Source of the DNA: Phyllobates terribilis
Taxonomy: Eukaryota
Length of the DNA stretch: 64,000 bases
NCBI RefSeq assembly: GCF_046119375.1
Contig: NW_027362765.1
Location: 61,628,001 to 61,692,000, forward strand
Direction of reading: 5' to 3'
A program made the translations under genes and the position numbers. Shown here in pieces: positions 60,888 to 64,000 of the stretch; position 1 is the first letter of the stretch; each line of letters begins with the position of its first letter. The notes beneath the pieces are model-generated. The model made no database searches, was not told where the DNA came from, and saw only the letters and a list, made by a program, of their open reading frames with translations.

Positions 60888-61711
60888 GGCTATGAGCCCA
60901 CGATACAGAAATGTTCCGGATTTTTTTGAGCGTTTCTTCATCTCCCTGGCAGAAAAAACGCATGCGGATTTTACATGCGGATTGTACATGCGGATTTTAC
61001 ATGCGGATTGTACATGCGTTTTCCTGCCAGGGACATGCGGATGTGAAGCGTTCTTCACTTGCATTTCCGCATGCGGGTTGACAAGCGCTTTCCAAGCGAT
61101 TTTAGCATCACTTGGAAAGTGCTTGACAACTTGGTCACACTATATAAATCCATGCAATCAGAAAAGAATGGTAAAAAATAAAAAATATATACTTACCTTC
61201 TGATGGCCTGCCGACCTCAGCGGTCGCGTGACCCGTCACCTGACTAAATGACGTCATGGCAGGTCCTTTTCAGACCGTCGCGAGCAACCGGCAAGCCAGG
61301 ACGCATCGGATAAAGACACCGGGGGCCATCAGAAGGTAAGTATAATATTTATTTTTTATTTTATTCTTTTTTTACAGGTTCCATGGTACCCGGGTCCAGA
61401 GGAGAGTCTCCTGTCCTCCACACCCGGGTACCATAAGCACATTGAAACGCATGGATTCTGCATGTACAGATGCAGTGATGCGGATTCCATGCGTTCTAAT
61501 GCAAGTCAATGGCGGCGAAAACGCTGCGCTTCCGCAAAATAATTGGTAATGCTGCGGATTTTTCCGCAATGATAATCGGCAGCATGTACACAGCACATGC
61601 GGATTATCATTGGGGAACATGGCAGACCTTCTACCAAGCGTTTTTTAAGTGGTTCTGCAGCGGAATTGCCGCTGCGGAAACGCTTAAAAAGCGCATAGTG
61701 GGCACACAACC
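60888..61711. mobile_element. PIF/Harbinger-type MITE nested in the hAT element
   Basis: GGCTATGAGCCCAC...GTGGGCACACAACC with a TAA duplication; related to 27377-28195. Confidence 0.8.
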
Positions 61712-61886
61712 TAAAAAAAATATTCTAATTAATATTGTGCCAAATTAATTTCACGTGAACTATCACATGATCTATCACAGGGGATCATGTGACATGTCAT
61801 GTGATAAATCCGGTGTGTGTGTGTGGGGGGGGGGGGCGGCGCCTTCTAAACTGCCCGGGGCCCTTGCTACTCTTAATCCACCCCTG

Positions 61887-64000
61887 CTCTCAGACACAGC
61901 CTTTAATATTTGTGGCATCCAGGCCTGGGGTGACACATTCCCCCTTAGTAAATTTTAGTACTCCGGGACTAAACAAGAAACACAAATACAGGGTATAAGT
62001 GCATGACCATAAACACAACAGGGAAGGAAATAACAAACAACAGCACATATTGAGTTCTTTAGGTCACAGTGTGGTCTGTGACCGGGTGTCCATATCACCA
62101 CAAAAGAAGAGGGTCACAGTATGATCCGTGACCGGGTGTCCATTTCACCCAATAAGGCGAAGTTTTTAAGCGATGTGGGGACCTGTCTCCATAAACCCCA
62201 AGTTCCTGGCCTTGGGCGTGATGACAAGGCTGAGCTACCTACTTTGGGCCACAAAGGGGGCCACGCCGGACAGGTTTTTCTTCTGTGGCCAACTTCACAA
62301 GAGGGCACCAGGTGCAACTATCTACATGGCAGTTCCGGTTATTCACTGTCCATAACCTGTCAGTCCATTGCATCTAGGAAAACTGGAGAAACATTATTAA
62401 TAACCAGGGTACAAACATAACACATTAAATATATACATTATACATTTAGATCTTCCAGCGAGCTGGTATTTGACCCCTAGTGCTCCGGGTTGACCTCCGT
62501 AACCCATTGTCTGGTGGTGGTCTAACCTGGCTTTCCCCACTAGTATTAAGGGTACAGCTACTAGCTGGGTTTACAGGCAGGGCAGGCAGCTGTCTGTGGG
62601 TCCTTTGGCTTACCGCAGGCATGGCAGGCTCACTGTCAGCAGAGGGTTGACTCTCCTCCGCTGCTGGCAAGGGTTCTTCTGCCTCGGGGGCTGCTTGTTC
62701 TTCTTGTTCTTCCTGCTCTCCTGTAGGCTCTTGCTGGGTAGGCTGAAGGAAGTGTAGGACGGGTACCACTATGGCATCGTTTACTCGAGTCCAGGTGCGG
62801 GGGAACTCTCCGAGAACTGTGCTGATCATTTCTTCCTTGTCCTCAGCGGGTTCAAGGTCATCTTGATCTTCACTTGGACTCTGCAGTTTTAGGTGGTCTC
62901 TGTAGACAGTGCTAGTGGTTTCTCCTCCATCCTTGGTAATTACACATACCGTCGGGTTGTTGTGGTCGGACTGCAGTACTGTGTATGGGTCTCTCTCCTA
63001 CTGGTCGTCCAGCTTGTGAAGCCTTCTCTTCCACTTCAGGACCTGCTCACCAGGTTCCAGGGGACCAGCAGGGGCGTTTTGGTTGAAGAGCCTCTCTTGC
63101 TTTTCTCTCGCTTGAGCCAGACTCCTCTCCACACTCTCCTGTACCTTCTTGTACTGTAGCCGCCGTTCCGTATCCCAGTCCGCGTCTGGGGAGGTGTCCT
63201 CGGGTGTCAGGACTCCCATCTCCAGGTCTATCGGCAGCTTACCTGGTCTTGCGCGCATCAGGTAAGCCGGGGTGCAATTTGTAGCATTCACAGGGATATG
63301 GTTGTACAAGTCTATTAGGTCTGCCAGCTTCTCCGGCCACAGGCTGCGTTCTTTCAGGGGCAACGTCTTGAGGAGATCAATGACGATATTGTTCATTTTC
63401 TCACACAACCCGTTGGTTTGCGGGTGGTAAGGCGTTGTCCGAATTTTCCTACAGCCGTAGAGGTTGCAGAACTCCTGGAATACTTCAGCCTCAAACGCTG
63501 GACCTTGATCTGTCAAGGCCTGTTCCGGATACCCGTGTGGACGGCAGAAGTGTTGCTGGAAGGCTCTGGCCGCTGTTTGGGCTGTCAGGTCTTTAACAGG
63601 AACCACCACCTGGAACCGGGAGTAATGGTCCACAATCGTGAGGGCATAGATGTAGCCGGACCGGCTTGGAGCCAACTTCACATGGTCCAGAGCTACCAAC
63701 TCAAGAGGCTGCCTGGTGACGATGGGCCTCAAGGGTGTCTTCTGGCTGGTACGGTCCTTCCTTCTGAGGTGGCATGGGCCACAGTCCCTGCTCCACTTCT
63801 CTATGGCCCCTCTCATACCGATCCAGTAGAACCGATCTCTCAGTAGGAACTCCAGTTTCTTCCACCCGAAGTGTCCCGCTCTGTCATGGTAGGCCTCCAG
63901 GACCATTGCTGCATCTCGCCTTGGGACCACTACCTGCCAGGTCAGTTCGTGCGTCCGGTAGTTGACAAGCCTTCTGCTCAGCTTACCCTCGTAGAGGAAT
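61887..64000 (-). mobile_element. Gypsy element E: 3' part (INT, 3' UTR, PPT, LTR stub); continues right of the window
   Basis: Near-identical to 52406-54520 of D, including the same premature TAG at 62998. Confidence 0.93.

Larger units (their letters stand above)
59617..61886. mobile_element. Non-autonomous hAT element
   Basis: TIR CATAGGCGGATTA / TAATCCACCCCTG and exact 8-bp TSD CTCTCAGA (59609-59616, 61887-61894). Confidence 0.88.

Overview
Eukaryotic (anuran frog-like) genomic DNA that is mostly nested transposable elements. One apparently intact host gene is present: a 6-coding-exon, about 673-aa C2H2 zinc-finger gene on the minus strand (35503 to 22020), of the Xenopus oocyte/gastrula ZNF type with a KRAB-A-like box and 15 fingers. 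Five copies of one Ty3/Gypsy lineage primed by tRNA-Ser are present: A (Gag-fragment only), B (integrase only), C (full length but inactivated, nested in B's 3' LTR), and D plus E (a tandem pair sharing an LTR). The window also holds a full-length L1 with a 16-bp TSD, L2 and CR1 remnants, Tc1, hAT and Harbinger elements and MITEs, and several minisatellites. The most notable observations concern the Gypsy family: (1) every LTR carries a second, internal copy of the primer-binding site, which changes together with the real PBS; (2) a PPT-like copy lies just before gag; (3) Gag-only and integrase-only derivatives keep open ORFs while all full-length copies are broken; (4) C appears to have been captured without integrase processing. 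All alignments and counts were done by eye; family names and tRNA identities come from recalled knowledge, not database searches.
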